The notes below the pieces were generated by a model. The model saw nothing but the letters and a program-made list of their open reading frames with translations. It was not told the DNA's origin and searched no databases. The translations under genes and the position numbers were made by a program. 56,483 nucleotides of DNA. It comes from a virus (lineage: Duplodnaviria > Caudoviricetes). Position 1 is the stretch's first letter. Every line of letters begins with the position of its first letter. The stretch is taken from the IMG/VR virus record IMGVR_UViG_3300024520_000087, positions 1-56,483 of that record. One strand, written 5' to 3'. This document shows positions 1 through 9,077 of the stretch, one piece after another.

Positions 1-135
1 TAAGCCAACTAGACACCGAGACTAATATTGTCACTCCGTTCTTTGAAGACTCCCTCCCAGAAGCTTGGGACGCTTACGGTATTAGCTGGAACCACGAAGG
101 ACTATTTGTAATCGTCAGAGTTCAGGGAGGTCTAA
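1..135. repeat. Direct terminal repeat, left copy (circular assembly overlap or terminal redundancy)
   Basis: 1-135 is identical to 56349-56483 except at position 9 (C versus G at 56357). Confidence 0.97.
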
Positions 136-815
136 GTTTGGAGAGAGTCTTAATCTATAACAAGAAATTAGAAAGAGTAGGAGAGATGGTTGTAGGACAA
201 GATCAATTAAGAGACGCTCATCAAACCATGTGGCACGATGACAAACTTTGGATCGTATCCAGTGGGCTTAACCAAGTCGTGTGTATACCCGAGAATCAAT
301 TCGACACAACTATCTGGATTCCAGAAGAGGGTGAGAAGGGAGACCGAAACCACATTAATTCCATCTGGTTCCCGCCCGATGAGGATAAAGTTTATCTAGT
401 CGCTCACAACTTCCAAAAGGGAAGTGAGATATGGGAATTCACTTACCCAGGACTAGACTTAATCCAAAAAACAAAGATGGGTTTTCAGGCACACAATGTG
501 GCTAAGGTTAATGGTAAATTAATGACACTCTCCTCAAGAGAAGGAAAAATAATCATGGACGATGAGTCTAAAAAGATAGGAGAATATTATGGTAGAGGAT
601 TGGCCATAAGCAAGGACAGAATATTTATAGGACAGTCAGCAATCATTCCCGATAGAAACGACAGGAAGCTAAGCTCACAAGGAGCGGTCTTGATCTACGA
701 CAAGGACTTAAACTTTATTAAGAAGATAATAATCAACCAGGGAGAGGTTAGGGAAGTTAGAATACTTGATGAACCCGACGAGGCTCATCACTTAAAACCA
801 TGGCTTACAAAATAG
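3..815 (+). CDS. 3' part of a beta-propeller protein (DUF4915/TIGR03032-like, tentative); the gene starts at 56318 and crosses the circular junction
   Basis: The frame is open from ATG 56318 (MKLVVASRNG...) through the repeat into the 138..815 ORF. Blade-like motifs: AYGISW, AHQTMW, NHINSIW, AHNVA, YGRGLA. Confidence 0.6.
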   Translation, partial: SQLDTETNIVTPFFEDSLPEAWDAYGISWNHEGLFVIVRVQGGLSLERVLIYNKKLERVGEMVVGQDQLRDAHQTMWHDDKLWIVSSGLNQVVCIPENQFDTTIWIPEEGEKGDRNHINSIWFPPDEDKVYLVAHNFQKGSEIWEFTYPGLDLIQKTKMGFQAHNVAKVNGKLMTLSSREGKIIMDDESKKIGEYYGRGLAISKDRIFIGQSAIIPDRNDRKLSSQGAVLIYDKDLNFIKKIIINQGEVREVRILDEPDEAHHLKPWLTK

Positions 816-1510
816 TTAAAACAACATTTGAGGCTTACAACGGAACCAATCTTGACTACTTCAGGAGGAAGGACACTAATGACCTAAACACTATTGCCTC
901 CATAGTTGTTAACGACGAGTATCACACCGAGGACATGACCTACAGTGAAGGAGATGTGTTTGTAGACATAGGAGCACATATTGGTGGTTGGGCTAAGCTT
1001 ATGAGGTCTTTGGTCCCTAATTGTGGAATTATTGCTGTTGAACCCTTACCAGAGAACATAGAACTTCTCAAGTCAAATGTGGATGGAGAGATCATAGAGA
1101 AAGCTATCGCTAACAGATCTGACACAACAAGAAAGATACACTATGGAGACAACACTGAGTCTGGCAAACACCATAAATATATAGGCAATGTTGTTATGCT
1201 TGGAGTTAAGAGTGAGGAATATGTAAAAGTTCCAGCCATTAGTCTTAACGACTTACTAAAAAACGTAAAGAGCGTAAGGGTGATGAAGATGGATTGCGAG
1301 GGGGGAGAATACTCAGCGTTACGATTCGCAAGTCGTGAAACTCTAGATAAGATTGATTATATTATTGGTGAATATCACAATCCAGACAACGAGAAGACCA
1401 AGACTCGCAAAGCACTACACAAAGCAACCAAGGGACTCTTCGAAGATATTAGCGAGTCCAAAAAAGACACTCCACTTGGACAGTTTTGGTTTAAAAACAA
1501 GAGACTATGA
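800..1510 (+). CDS. FkbM-family SAM-dependent methyltransferase
   Basis: VFVDIGAHIG motif I, AVEPLPEN, MKMDCEGGEY and IGEYH are FkbM hallmarks. Confidence 0.9.
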   Translation: MAYKIVKTTFEAYNGTNLDYFRRKDTNDLNTIASIVVNDEYHTEDMTYSEGDVFVDIGAHIGGWAKLMRSLVPNCGIIAVEPLPENIELLKSNVDGEIIEKAIANRSDTTRKIHYGDNTESGKHHKYIGNVVMLGVKSEEYVKVPAISLNDLLKNVKSVRVMKMDCEGGEYSALRFASRETLDKIDYIIGEYHNPDNEKTKTRKALHKATKGLFEDISESKKDTPLGQFWFKNKRL

Positions 1511-2565
1511 ATGTATTTGCAGATTTCCACCATTCGGATTTAATGTTGTCATTACAACTCCTGTTCGAGAAAAGACTGGGATGGAAGTTGTATCGCCCTA
1601 TTGGTGAAGAATGGTTTACAGAAGGTTACTGGAAACTAGCTGAACCTTACAACAACAACCCTGCTACAATTGCACAGTATTTAGACAAAAGAGGGGTCAT
1701 ACCAGAAGACGGAACTAAACCCCTAAACACTTCCATTATAGACATAGATGATTATTATCTAATCGACTCTCCCACAATGAACCAGAGAGCTATTACCCTG
1801 GATAGGTTCAAAAGAATGGATATAGACATAGTGATAGCCTCAATTCCTGACCATTTCGAATCCTTTTCAAGACTCATTAAAGACCACAAGCGCAACGCTA
1901 GACTAATTTGTCAGTTTGGAAATATCTTGTGGAACATCAAAGACTACCCTTACAAAAACATAATGGCTTCTATTGCTCCACAGAAAGTACCGAGTGGTTA
2001 CAACACTGTGTTCTACCATCAAGAGTTCGACACGGACGTGTTTAACTACGAACCACCCAAAGGAGGAAGACACATCAGAAGCTTTGTAAACATACTTGAG
2101 ACCGCTTCTATTTACGAGGAGGACTGGAAAACATTTCAAGAAGTAGAAAAACTACTACCACAGTATGCTTTTGAGTCTTATGGATCTTCATGTAGAGAAG
2201 GAGTCGTTAATGGACACAAGGAGATAGCGAAGAAGATGAAAGAAAGTCTTTTCGGTTTTCACCTGAAGAGTGGTGGGGACGGTTTTGGGCATATCCTTCA
2301 CAACTGGTTTGCGGTCGGTAGGCCTCCGATAGTTAGATATTCCCAGTACGAAGGTAAACTAGCGGGAGAGTTGATGTCAGACGGTGAGACATGTATATTT
2401 GTCGATGGTCTAACCCCCGAAGAGATTGCCAACAAGATAACCCATTACAGTTCTCGCGAGAAACACAAAACACTGTGTAAAAATGCTTACAAGATGTTCA
2501 AGAGAAAGGTTAACTTTGATGCAGAGTTTCAGAGAATCAAGTTGTTCTTAAAAAATCTACACTAG
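1507..2565 (+). CDS. GT-B fold glycosyltransferase (GT4-like, divergent)
   Basis: C-terminal GDGFGHILHNWFAVGRPPI resembles the E-x7-E/G-x-P-V-I region, followed by DGETCIFVD. Lies in the glyco cluster. Confidence 0.7.
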   Translation: MNVFADFHHSDLMLSLQLLFEKRLGWKLYRPIGEEWFTEGYWKLAEPYNNNPATIAQYLDKRGVIPEDGTKPLNTSIIDIDDYYLIDSPTMNQRAITLDRFKRMDIDIVIASIPDHFESFSRLIKDHKRNARLICQFGNILWNIKDYPYKNIMASIAPQKVPSGYNTVFYHQEFDTDVFNYEPPKGGRHIRSFVNILETASIYEEDWKTFQEVEKLLPQYAFESYGSSCREGVVNGHKEIAKKMKESLFGFHLKSGGDGFGHILHNWFAVGRPPIVRYSQYEGKLAGELMSDGETCIFVDGLTPEEIANKITHYSSREKHKTLCKNAYKMFKRKVNFDAEFQRIKLFLKNLH

Positions 2566-2585
2566 ATTTTACCTCATCACAAACC

Positions 2586-2789
2586 ATGTCAAACAACGAT
2601 CCAGTATTTAAAACAAAGTTTTTAGCTTTTACTCCACAAATGAAGGTGTTGAGTGGAGCACAGGGTGGAGGATTCCAGATAATATTAGACGTACCCGAAT
2701 CAGAGTGGGAAAAGGTAGCAGACATTAACCATCCAGGCAACAAAAGACTAGAATTCACAGCAACACTGGAGGGTAGAGTGGTTAGATGA
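2586..2789 (+). CDS. Hypothetical protein
   Basis: 67-aa ORF in the + strand gene run. Confidence 0.6.
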   Translation: MSNNDPVFKTKFLAFTPQMKVLSGAQGGGFQIILDVPESEWEKVADINHPGNKRLEFTATLEGRVVR

Positions 2790-2852
2790 TACATTATATT
2801 CTCCCACTATAGTTACGCTACATAACTATATTATGTACATGTCAATAGGGGG

Positions 2853-2881
2853 TTGCATTACTAATAGAAAGGTAGTAATAT
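2853..2881 (+). promoter_or_regulatory. Sigma70-type promoter
   Basis: TTGCAT-N17-TAATAT, preceded by GGGGG. Inverted repeat TATAGTTA/TAACTATA at 2808-2830 just upstream. Confidence 0.55.
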
Positions 2882-2914
2882 CTGGTTGTTCTCTTGTTCT
2901 CCCCCTCTACTAAC

Positions 2915-3100
2915 ATGACAAAGCTATATTACCAACCACCAACAGACAAACAGTTCAACGAATTAAAGAAGAAAGCTATTAAGATATGGCAAACGTACGA
3001 CAACGCTCCATATTTGTACATGTTGTTTGTTCTTTTTATGTGGCTACCTCTTCAAATAGCATTCAGATTCTTTTTAGAGATAGAGGTAGTAGGACAATAA
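2915..3100 (+). CDS. Hypothetical protein with C-terminal hydrophobic segment
   Basis: ORF downstream of the promoter, ATG 2915. Confidence 0.5.
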   Translation: MTKLYYQPPTDKQFNELKKKAIKIWQTYDNAPYLYMLFVLFMWLPLQIAFRFFLEIEVVGQ

Positions 3101-3256
3101 TCGCGTCACTGTGACGCATTTATATATGAGCAAGATCAACATGACTAAATGGGTAGATGACTTTGCAATACCTGTATGTTTTTTTATGTTTTTTATATCA
3201 ACTGGAGTTATATCCATTGCCCTTGCGGTAATAGTAGTGAAGTGGGCAATCACCTT

Positions 3257-3499
3257 ATGAATAAAGAAACTAACAAACTAATGAATCATATCGACGAGAC
3301 AGCAGAAGAACCATGCTACTGTAATCGTTGCATTAAGAGAAGAAGGATCAACGAACTCAAGGAGATATTCTCACTCTCAAACTTGCTAACAGTAATAATA
3401 TTCGTTCTCGGTCTGAGCCTAATAATCAATCTTTCATTCCCTTGGACATTAATAGGATATGGACTCTTAGGTTTCTGGCACGGGAGGGTGTTCCCATGA
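3257..3499 (+). CDS. Small membrane protein with CxCxxC
   Basis: Likely ATG 3257, two hydrophobic helices, ATGA overlap with the next gene. Confidence 0.55.
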   Translation: MNKETNKLMNHIDETAEEPCYCNRCIKRRRINELKEIFSLSNLLTVIIFVLGLSLIINLSFPWTLIGYGLLGFWHGRVFP

Positions 3500-3864
3500 C
3501 TAATAAATTCAGAGCATGGGACAGAAAAGAAAAGAAGATGATCTGTCCTGCTTTAGTGATAAGAAACATGGGCTTTGGTGATGGTTCGGTCGTGGTTAAC
3601 ACGGACGCTCGAAAGGGAAACGAGTTAGACTGGATGCAATACACAGGACTCAAAGACAAAAACGGTAAAGAGATAATCGAATCTGACTTGGTTAAGGACG
3701 ACTATGGTCACACTCTCTTGGTTGAGTGGCGGAATGGGGGTTTCGTTGCGACATTGGACAGCTTAGAAGTGGAAGGCCAAGAGCTACAGGGTGTCTACGA
3801 AGAAAACAAAACCAGCTTTGAAGTAATAGGAAATATATATAACAACCCAGAACTAATTAAATGA
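3496..3864 (+). CDS. YopX-family phage protein
   Basis: KFRAWD...MQYTGLKDKNGKEI.E.D.V...EVIGNIY.NPEL signature. Confidence 0.93.
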   Translation: MTNKFRAWDRKEKKMICPALVIRNMGFGDGSVVVNTDARKGNELDWMQYTGLKDKNGKEIIESDLVKDDYGHTLLVEWRNGGFVATLDSLEVEGQELQGVYEENKTSFEVIGNIYNNPELIK

Positions 3865-4208
3865 TCGGTACATCGTTACAACTTGTCTCAGTTTTCTTGC
3901 TTGGTGTTGTGGTTGCATATCTCACCCTACGAAACGAACCAAAGGATGAACCAGACTCTATAGAAGAACAATTAGATAAATACCTTGTTAACTGTAATCA
4001 ATGCAACGTCCTTCTAAAGAAAAGAGATGCACAAAAGGTTGCAGTTAAAGACTATATGTTTGTGGCCATGAATATGTTTCCGCACAGAGACATATACTTT
4101 TGTGACAAGCACAAGAAACCCTACGATAGAATGGAGATATACGGCACTCGCACTGATTATTACAAGTCTGAAGCAAAGGTTACATCTAAAGGAAAGATAA
4201 CTAAATGA
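3861..4208 (+). CDS. Membrane-anchored hypothetical protein with Zn-ribbon-like cysteines
   Basis: N-terminal TM helix, CxxC and CxxH, ATGA coupling. Confidence 0.6.
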   Translation: MIGTSLQLVSVFLLGVVVAYLTLRNEPKDEPDSIEEQLDKYLVNCNQCNVLLKKRDAQKVAVKDYMFVAMNMFPHRDIYFCDKHKKPYDRMEIYGTRTDYYKSEAKVTSKGKITK

Positions 4209-4411
4209 AACTACAAGACTACACAAACCTAACCGTTGAACAACAACGACTCAATCAAAAGAAGATAATAGCTCTATTCAAAGAGTTCTGGAGCACTAAC
4301 CCAGATGAAGAAGCCTTCACAAGAACAACAGAAGGACTAGTATTGTTCCCTGAAATCATATACCACATGACTACAAACAAACCAAAGAAGAAAATCCCCA
4401 CCTTACTATAA
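4205..4411 (+). CDS. Hypothetical protein
   Basis: ATGA-coupled ORF. Confidence 0.6.
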   Translation: MKLQDYTNLTVEQQRLNQKKIIALFKEFWSTNPDEEAFTRTTEGLVLFPEIIYHMTTNKPKKKIPTLL

Positions 4412-5118
4412 CGCTGATGTATACTTATCCCTGGGTGAGCTGTGGAGTTTAGTTAAATGCTATTCAACAGTTGAAGTGTGCTCTACAACTCCCCCTAATA
4501 GCTTCACCAACCAATCACCCTATTACATTACAGGAGAATACCCCTAATAACTACTTAGTATCAACTAGTCAACTATTAACACTAACTAGCCTCAAAAATC
4601 ACTCTTACTTATAGATTCCTTCATTAGAGGGGTATAACACTAGGCATAAAGAACTACCACTCAATACTACATTACTCAGCAAAACATATACGTTATACAC
4701 AGTAAAATACGTCGCACAATACACATTGTACGACTAAAGGGGTATGTAGATAAGGCCGTAAGCATGGGATATACAGCAGAAGGAGGTAAACCACTTTGCG
4801 TAATTGCGGGTATATGTCTATGGCAATACAAAGTGTACTTACACAGCGATATGTAAAGCCTTTGGGATGTTTTTTGGGTCCCTTATTCCAGATTTTGGGT
4901 CCCATATAGAAGTGTTTTATTTAAGTTATTTTAACTTTCGTGCCTGGAGAATTATTTTGTAATTATTTAGTGGTTTGTCTTTTTGTGCCTAAAATGCACC
5001 TTTCTCCACCGCAGAGTGCAGAATTATTATAGTTGTAAAAGCGTATTGTGGATTCCCAGGCATAAGGTGTGGCTAGAAAGGGTCCCATACTCATAAATTT
5101 TATTTTAAAAGATATAAC
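4412..5118. other. Longest non-coding region, with a compositional switch and short repeats
   Basis: G-poor, A/C-rich ~4500-4730, then G/T-rich ~4860-4990. TTTTGGGTCCC at 4872 and 4893, GGGTCCCATA at 4897 and 5080. Confidence 0.6.
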
Positions 5119-5148
5119 TTGACTTTAGTACACACGCGTGTGTATAGT
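5119..5148 (+). promoter_or_regulatory. Sigma70-type promoter with a 16-bp palindromic operator; leaderless start
   Basis: TTGACT-N18-TATAGT. Perfect palindrome TACACACGCGTGTGTA at 5129-5144. ATG at 5155. Confidence 0.75.
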
Positions 5149-5154
5149 TGTGTC

Positions 5155-5496
5155 ATGTCACATCTATATATACTTAAAGGAAAGAAGATTGTTCCTATTG
5201 ATGATGTATTGGAGTGGGGAAGATGGTTTGAGAAAGCCAATAGGAGAGTAGACGAAACCATTCTTCCTGACGGTAAACGTGTTTCTACTGTCTTTTTTGG
5301 AACTGATTACTATTTCGGTCCCAAAGAAGATCGCGAACCAATATTGTTTGAAACAATGGTCTTTTCTGAGAAGCTTGAGACGGTAAAGCTTGGTAAGAGG
5401 AAAAGGAAAATACATCCAGATTTAGATGTGGAAAGATACTCTACATGGGAAGAAGCAGAGAAGGGTCATAAAGAAATGGTTAAAAAATGGACATGA
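5155..5496 (+). CDS. Conserved phage hypothetical protein
   Basis: VSTVF.G.D...P.LFETMVF...RYSTWEEA..GH pattern, which I recognise from phage hypotheticals. Confidence 0.75.
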   Translation: MSHLYILKGKKIVPIDDVLEWGRWFEKANRRVDETILPDGKRVSTVFFGTDYYFGPKEDREPILFETMVFSEKLETVKLGKRKRKIHPDLDVERYSTWEEAEKGHKEMVKKWT

Positions 5497-5657
5497 GTAC
5501 TCGTTTTTACTTATCAAGCATCTTTAGTAATGTTTGGTTACATTTTTTGCTATGAATCACAAAAAGAAGAACAAAAGTAGAAACTTAAGAAAGGCAAAAA
5601 GAGTTCCTAAGAATGGTCCATGGAGTCGCATGATCCATAAATGGTGGGTTAGGTATT

Positions 5658-6011
5658 ATGAAAAAAAGAATAAACATTTCTATTAAAGAATCATATTTAG
5701 AGAAAATCGATAGTTTCTGTGAGAAGTTTAGATATACTCGCAGTGAGTTAATGGCCGTAGGTGCAATGCATTACATGGATAAATATAAGGATTATAGACC
5801 TCCTGGTGTCAAAAGAGTCCCCAAAGTCAAAAATATCAACAGTTTTAATAGCCGCCTTGAGACATCCCAAGTATTAAAGGACGAATATCCCAAGGTTGTT
5901 AACTCCAAAGAAGAAGTTGTTGATGAGGTTTCTGGCACTTCTGATGTTTGTGCTCATGGAGCTGGAGAGAAAATGTGTAAAGAGAAAGAATGTATTAATT
6001 CTATGTTTTAA
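5658..6011 (+). CDS. Ribbon-helix-helix (CopG/HicB-C-like) DNA-binding protein
   Basis: N-terminal KRINISIKESYLEKIDSFC...TRSELM is a typical RHH pattern. Confidence 0.75.
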   Translation: MKKRINISIKESYLEKIDSFCEKFRYTRSELMAVGAMHYMDKYKDYRPPGVKRVPKVKNINSFNSRLETSQVLKDEYPKVVNSKEEVVDEVSGTSDVCAHGAGEKMCKEKECINSMF

Positions 6012-6146
6012 TGTTGTATTTATGGCTCATTGCTTGGTTAGTCGAAGAAACACCTGAGATTGTATTTAGTCCACCCAATAATTGGGCGATTGCTTTAATT
6101 ATCTGTGCTGTAATGAGTTTTAGTATTTCTTTAAAAGAAAGATAAT

Positions 6147-7214
6147 ATGAAAATCAATCTTAAAGCATTCAACGAATTAGTAAACAAAAACTTCATTGGT
6201 GTACAAAAACACCCCGATTCAGACCTTCTTATTTGGAACTACACTAATAAAGCCCAATACGATGGTGAGTGGTTGCCAGAAACAAGAATGGCTCGTGGAT
6301 TAATCACTGACTTAGATGGGAATATCCTTTATCGTTCTTTTGATAAATTCTTTAACTATGCGGAACACACAGGTGAAGATAGTAAATTAGAACCAATCCC
6401 CAATGAAGAATTCAGTGTTTATGAGAAATATGACGGCAGTCTGGGTATTTTATATTGGATTGATGGAGAGACTTTTATTTCTACTCGTGGCTCTTTTGTT
6501 TCAGACCAGGCCAAGGTTGCCACCAAGATATTACGAGATAAATACCCCAATGTTCCCTTTCAAAACTTACATGAGTGGACAATCCTTTTCGAAATAATCT
6601 ATCCAGAAAACAGAATAGTGGTTGATTACGGTGAAATGAAAGATCTGGTCTTACTAAATGCAATTAATACAGAAACTGGAGAGAGTATTAATTATAAGGA
6701 GCTGACTAAATTTGCGAAAGAAAACAATATTCCCATAGCGGAAAGATATCAATTTACATCTCTTCCAGACATGAATACTGACATTCCAATTAACGTAGAG
6801 GGTTACGTGATTGAATTTGAAGGTGGGATGAAAGTAAAAATGAAATATGACGAGTATGTGCGATTACACCGTTTGGTAACTGGCGTAAACTCAAAAACAA
6901 TTTGGGATCTTCTACGACACAAACAACCGTTTGATGAGTTGTTAGACAAAGTGCCAGATGAATTCTACGATTGGGTTAAGAAAACCAAACTCAATCTGGA
7001 GAACTCTTACAAGGAGATAGAAGACTCTGCAAAAAAGAAGTTTAAAGAGATATCTGACTTAAAAACCAGAAAAGAACAGGCATTTTCTTTATCGGGTTAC
7101 ACTTATCCTGGAATTGTCTTTAAAATGCTGGATGGCAAGGATTACGAAGAACAAATATGGAAAATTATCAAACCCAGAGCGGAAAAACCATTCAAGGAGG
7201 ACGTAGATGCCTAA
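6147..7214 (+). CDS. T4 Rnl1/RnlA-family RNA ligase
   Basis: ARGLI, FDKFFN, motif I EKYDGSLG, STRGSF, FEII.PENRIVVDY, EGYV, KMKY..Y. Confidence 0.92.
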   Translation: MKINLKAFNELVNKNFIGVQKHPDSDLLIWNYTNKAQYDGEWLPETRMARGLITDLDGNILYRSFDKFFNYAEHTGEDSKLEPIPNEEFSVYEKYDGSLGILYWIDGETFISTRGSFVSDQAKVATKILRDKYPNVPFQNLHEWTILFEIIYPENRIVVDYGEMKDLVLLNAINTETGESINYKELTKFAKENNIPIAERYQFTSLPDMNTDIPINVEGYVIEFEGGMKVKMKYDEYVRLHRLVTGVNSKTIWDLLRHKQPFDELLDKVPDEFYDWVKKTKLNLENSYKEIEDSAKKKFKEISDLKTRKEQAFSLSGYTYPGIVFKMLDGKDYEEQIWKIIKPRAEKPFKEDVDA

Positions 7215-8052
7215 AATAATACTAACCAAAGGATTGCCTGCAAGTGGAAAAACTACTTGGGTAAAGGAAGAACAAAAGAAAGATCCCAACCTTGTTCGTG
7301 TTAACAAAGATGATCTTCGTGCCATGTTGCATGGTGGTAAGTGGGGCAAGAATAACGAGAAGGATGTTCTTGCGATCAGAAATTTTATTGTAGATAGGGC
7401 ATTGACTCGTGGACGAAACATCGTTGTCGATGACACCAACCTTCATTCCAAACACGAGATACACTTGAAGCAAGTTGCAAAAAAGCACAACGCAGAATTT
7501 ACAATTAAAGACTTTACGAGTGTTTCACAAGAGGAATGTATAAAACGTGATCTTAAAAGAAGCAATAGTGTTGGTTCCGAAGTAATCCATAAAATGTATA
7601 AACAATTCCTCGACATTGTCTCTCCAGGTATCTTAGAGCCAGATCCAAACTTACCGACTGTGATTATTTGTGATCTTGATGGAACACTTTGTTTGTTCGA
7701 CGGAAATCCTTACGAAAGAGACTTCAGTAAGGATAAGATAAATAAACCCGTGAAATCTATCCTAGACAGCAATGAAGACGTGAAAGACATAATTTTCTTT
7801 TCTGGTAGAAATGGTAAATTCAAAGACCAAACAAGAAAGTGGCTGGACGATCACGGATACGGTGACTGTTCACTGTATATGAGAGCTGAAGGCGACACCC
7901 GCAAGGACGTGCTAGTCAAGAAAGAGATGTATGAAGAACATATTGAGGGCAAATTTAATGTACTATTTGTGTTGGACGACAGAGATCAGGTCGTAAACCT
8001 GTGGAGGGGCCTTGGCCTGGCTTGTTTCCAAGTGGCAGAAGGGAATTTTTAA
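7207..8052 (+). CDS. pseT: Polynucleotide 5'-kinase/3'-phosphatase (T4 PNK-like)
   Basis: Walker A GLPASGKT, NKDDLR, VDDTN, R..KR lid. HAD domain DLDGT, SGR, DDRDQVV..WR..G. Confidence 0.93.
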   Translation: MPKIILTKGLPASGKTTWVKEEQKKDPNLVRVNKDDLRAMLHGGKWGKNNEKDVLAIRNFIVDRALTRGRNIVVDDTNLHSKHEIHLKQVAKKHNAEFTIKDFTSVSQEECIKRDLKRSNSVGSEVIHKMYKQFLDIVSPGILEPDPNLPTVIICDLDGTLCLFDGNPYERDFSKDKINKPVKSILDSNEDVKDIIFFSGRNGKFKDQTRKWLDDHGYGDCSLYMRAEGDTRKDVLVKKEMYEEHIEGKFNVLFVLDDRDQVVNLWRGLGLACFQVAEGNF

Positions 8053-8225
8053 TGGAAAAGAACAAACTCACACTATATATTAGTATCGTACAATTACTCA
8101 TACTTATTTGTTTAATTGTCGTTGTTTTTGTTTTAGAGGCAAGATATGGAGGGTTAACCCACTCCGACTGTGAGATCTCCTACTGCGAGTCAGTAACACA
8201 AGAAAACCCCATACTTCAGTCATAA
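8052..8225 (+). CDS. Small membrane protein
   Basis: ATG overlaps the pseT stop, single TM helix. Confidence 0.55.
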   Translation: MEKNKLTLYISIVQLLILICLIVVVFVLEARYGGLTHSDCEISYCESVTQENPILQS

Positions 8226-8247
8226 TCATTGTAACCACAATGGGGGG

Positions 8248-8276
8248 TTGACAAATGTAACTATATTTTATATATT
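8248..8276 (+). promoter_or_regulatory. Sigma70-type promoter for the RAMP/array operon; leaderless start
   Basis: TTGACA-N17-TATATT, ATG 7 nt later at 8284. TGTAACYAYA boxes at 8230 and 8256. Confidence 0.8.
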
Positions 8277-8283
8277 ACCTCTA

Positions 8284-8475
8284 ATGAAAGTAATAAGCAT
8301 GCGCGACTTTACTACTAACCCCTACCATCATTTGGAGGAACTTCCCCTCGTCGTGATGAAAAGAAACGTCCCCCATCTTTACATACAGGACTTCTCAGAA
8401 GTGGCGACTAAGACCCTTGCAAAGAAAGTTATTAAAATGCACATAGAAAACATTGTGAAAAAGAAGAATAAATAA
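8284..8475 (+). CDS. Phd/YefM-like small DNA-binding protein
   Basis: MKVISMRDF...PLVVMKRNVPHLYI matches the Phd N-terminal pattern (ISxRDF...PVVITxxxxP). Confidence 0.65.
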   Translation: MKVISMRDFTTNPYHHLEELPLVVMKRNVPHLYIQDFSEVATKTLAKKVIKMHIENIVKKKNK

Positions 8476-8477
8476 TC

Positions 8478-9077
8478 ATGGCCAAAAACGTATCAGTACA
8501 TATCCCAGAACCAAATATACAGACAATTAAACTAACTCTTGTTGGTAGGCGACCTCTTATTATGAATGAGTGGAGTGAAAAGGCTAAAACTCAAATAAGA
8601 GACAAACAAGCCAAAAAAGCTAACAAGAAAAAGAATGCACGTAAACCAAAAGAAGAGTACGAGTCAGCCAAAATCAAAAATGGAAAAGGGAAACTTAGCA
8701 TTAAAGCTATCTGGATAAAGAGTGCAATTGTCGGATCTGCAAGATTTGTTGACGATCTTCCAATGACAGTATTAAGAGGCGCAGTCTTTGTAAGAGGTGA
8801 TGATGACGGATTAATACAACTCAGATACAAGAAAGAGGAAATGGTCGAGGACACAGTGAGACTTTCAGGGATGGGTAGAAGTGCAGATTTAAGATACAGG
8901 CCATATATCTACGACTGGGAAGCAGATGTCGAGATAGACTTTGATGGAGACGTTCTTTCTCTCGAACAAGTAGTTAATCTTGTTAAAAAAGCAGGATTCT
9001 CTAACGGTTTAGGAGAAAACAGACCAGAACGTAGTGGAAATGATTATGGAACATTCGACGTAAAAGCAACAAAGTAG
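8478..9077 (+). CDS. Stand-alone RAMP/Cas7-like protein (Vipr-like)
   Basis: RAMP-like layout: beta1 IKLTLVGRRPLIM, SIKAIWIKSAI (cf. IPGSSLKGAL), R.RP...W, and a C-terminal Gly-rich loop AGFSNGLGENRPERSGNDYGTFDV. No other cas genes are present. Confidence 0.72.
   Translation: MAKNVSVHIPEPNIQTIKLTLVGRRPLIMNEWSEKAKTQIRDKQAKKANKKKNARKPKEEYESAKIKNGKGKLSIKAIWIKSAIVGSARFVDDLPMTVLRGAVFVRGDDDGLIQLRYKKEEMVEDTVRLSGMGRSADLRYRPYIYDWEADVEIDFDGDVLSLEQVVNLVKKAGFSNGLGENRPERSGNDYGTFDVKATK

Noticed and set aside
8284-8475. Complete toxin-antitoxin module
   Set aside because: No Doc/RelE/PIN toxin is adjacent; the next gene is RAMP-like.
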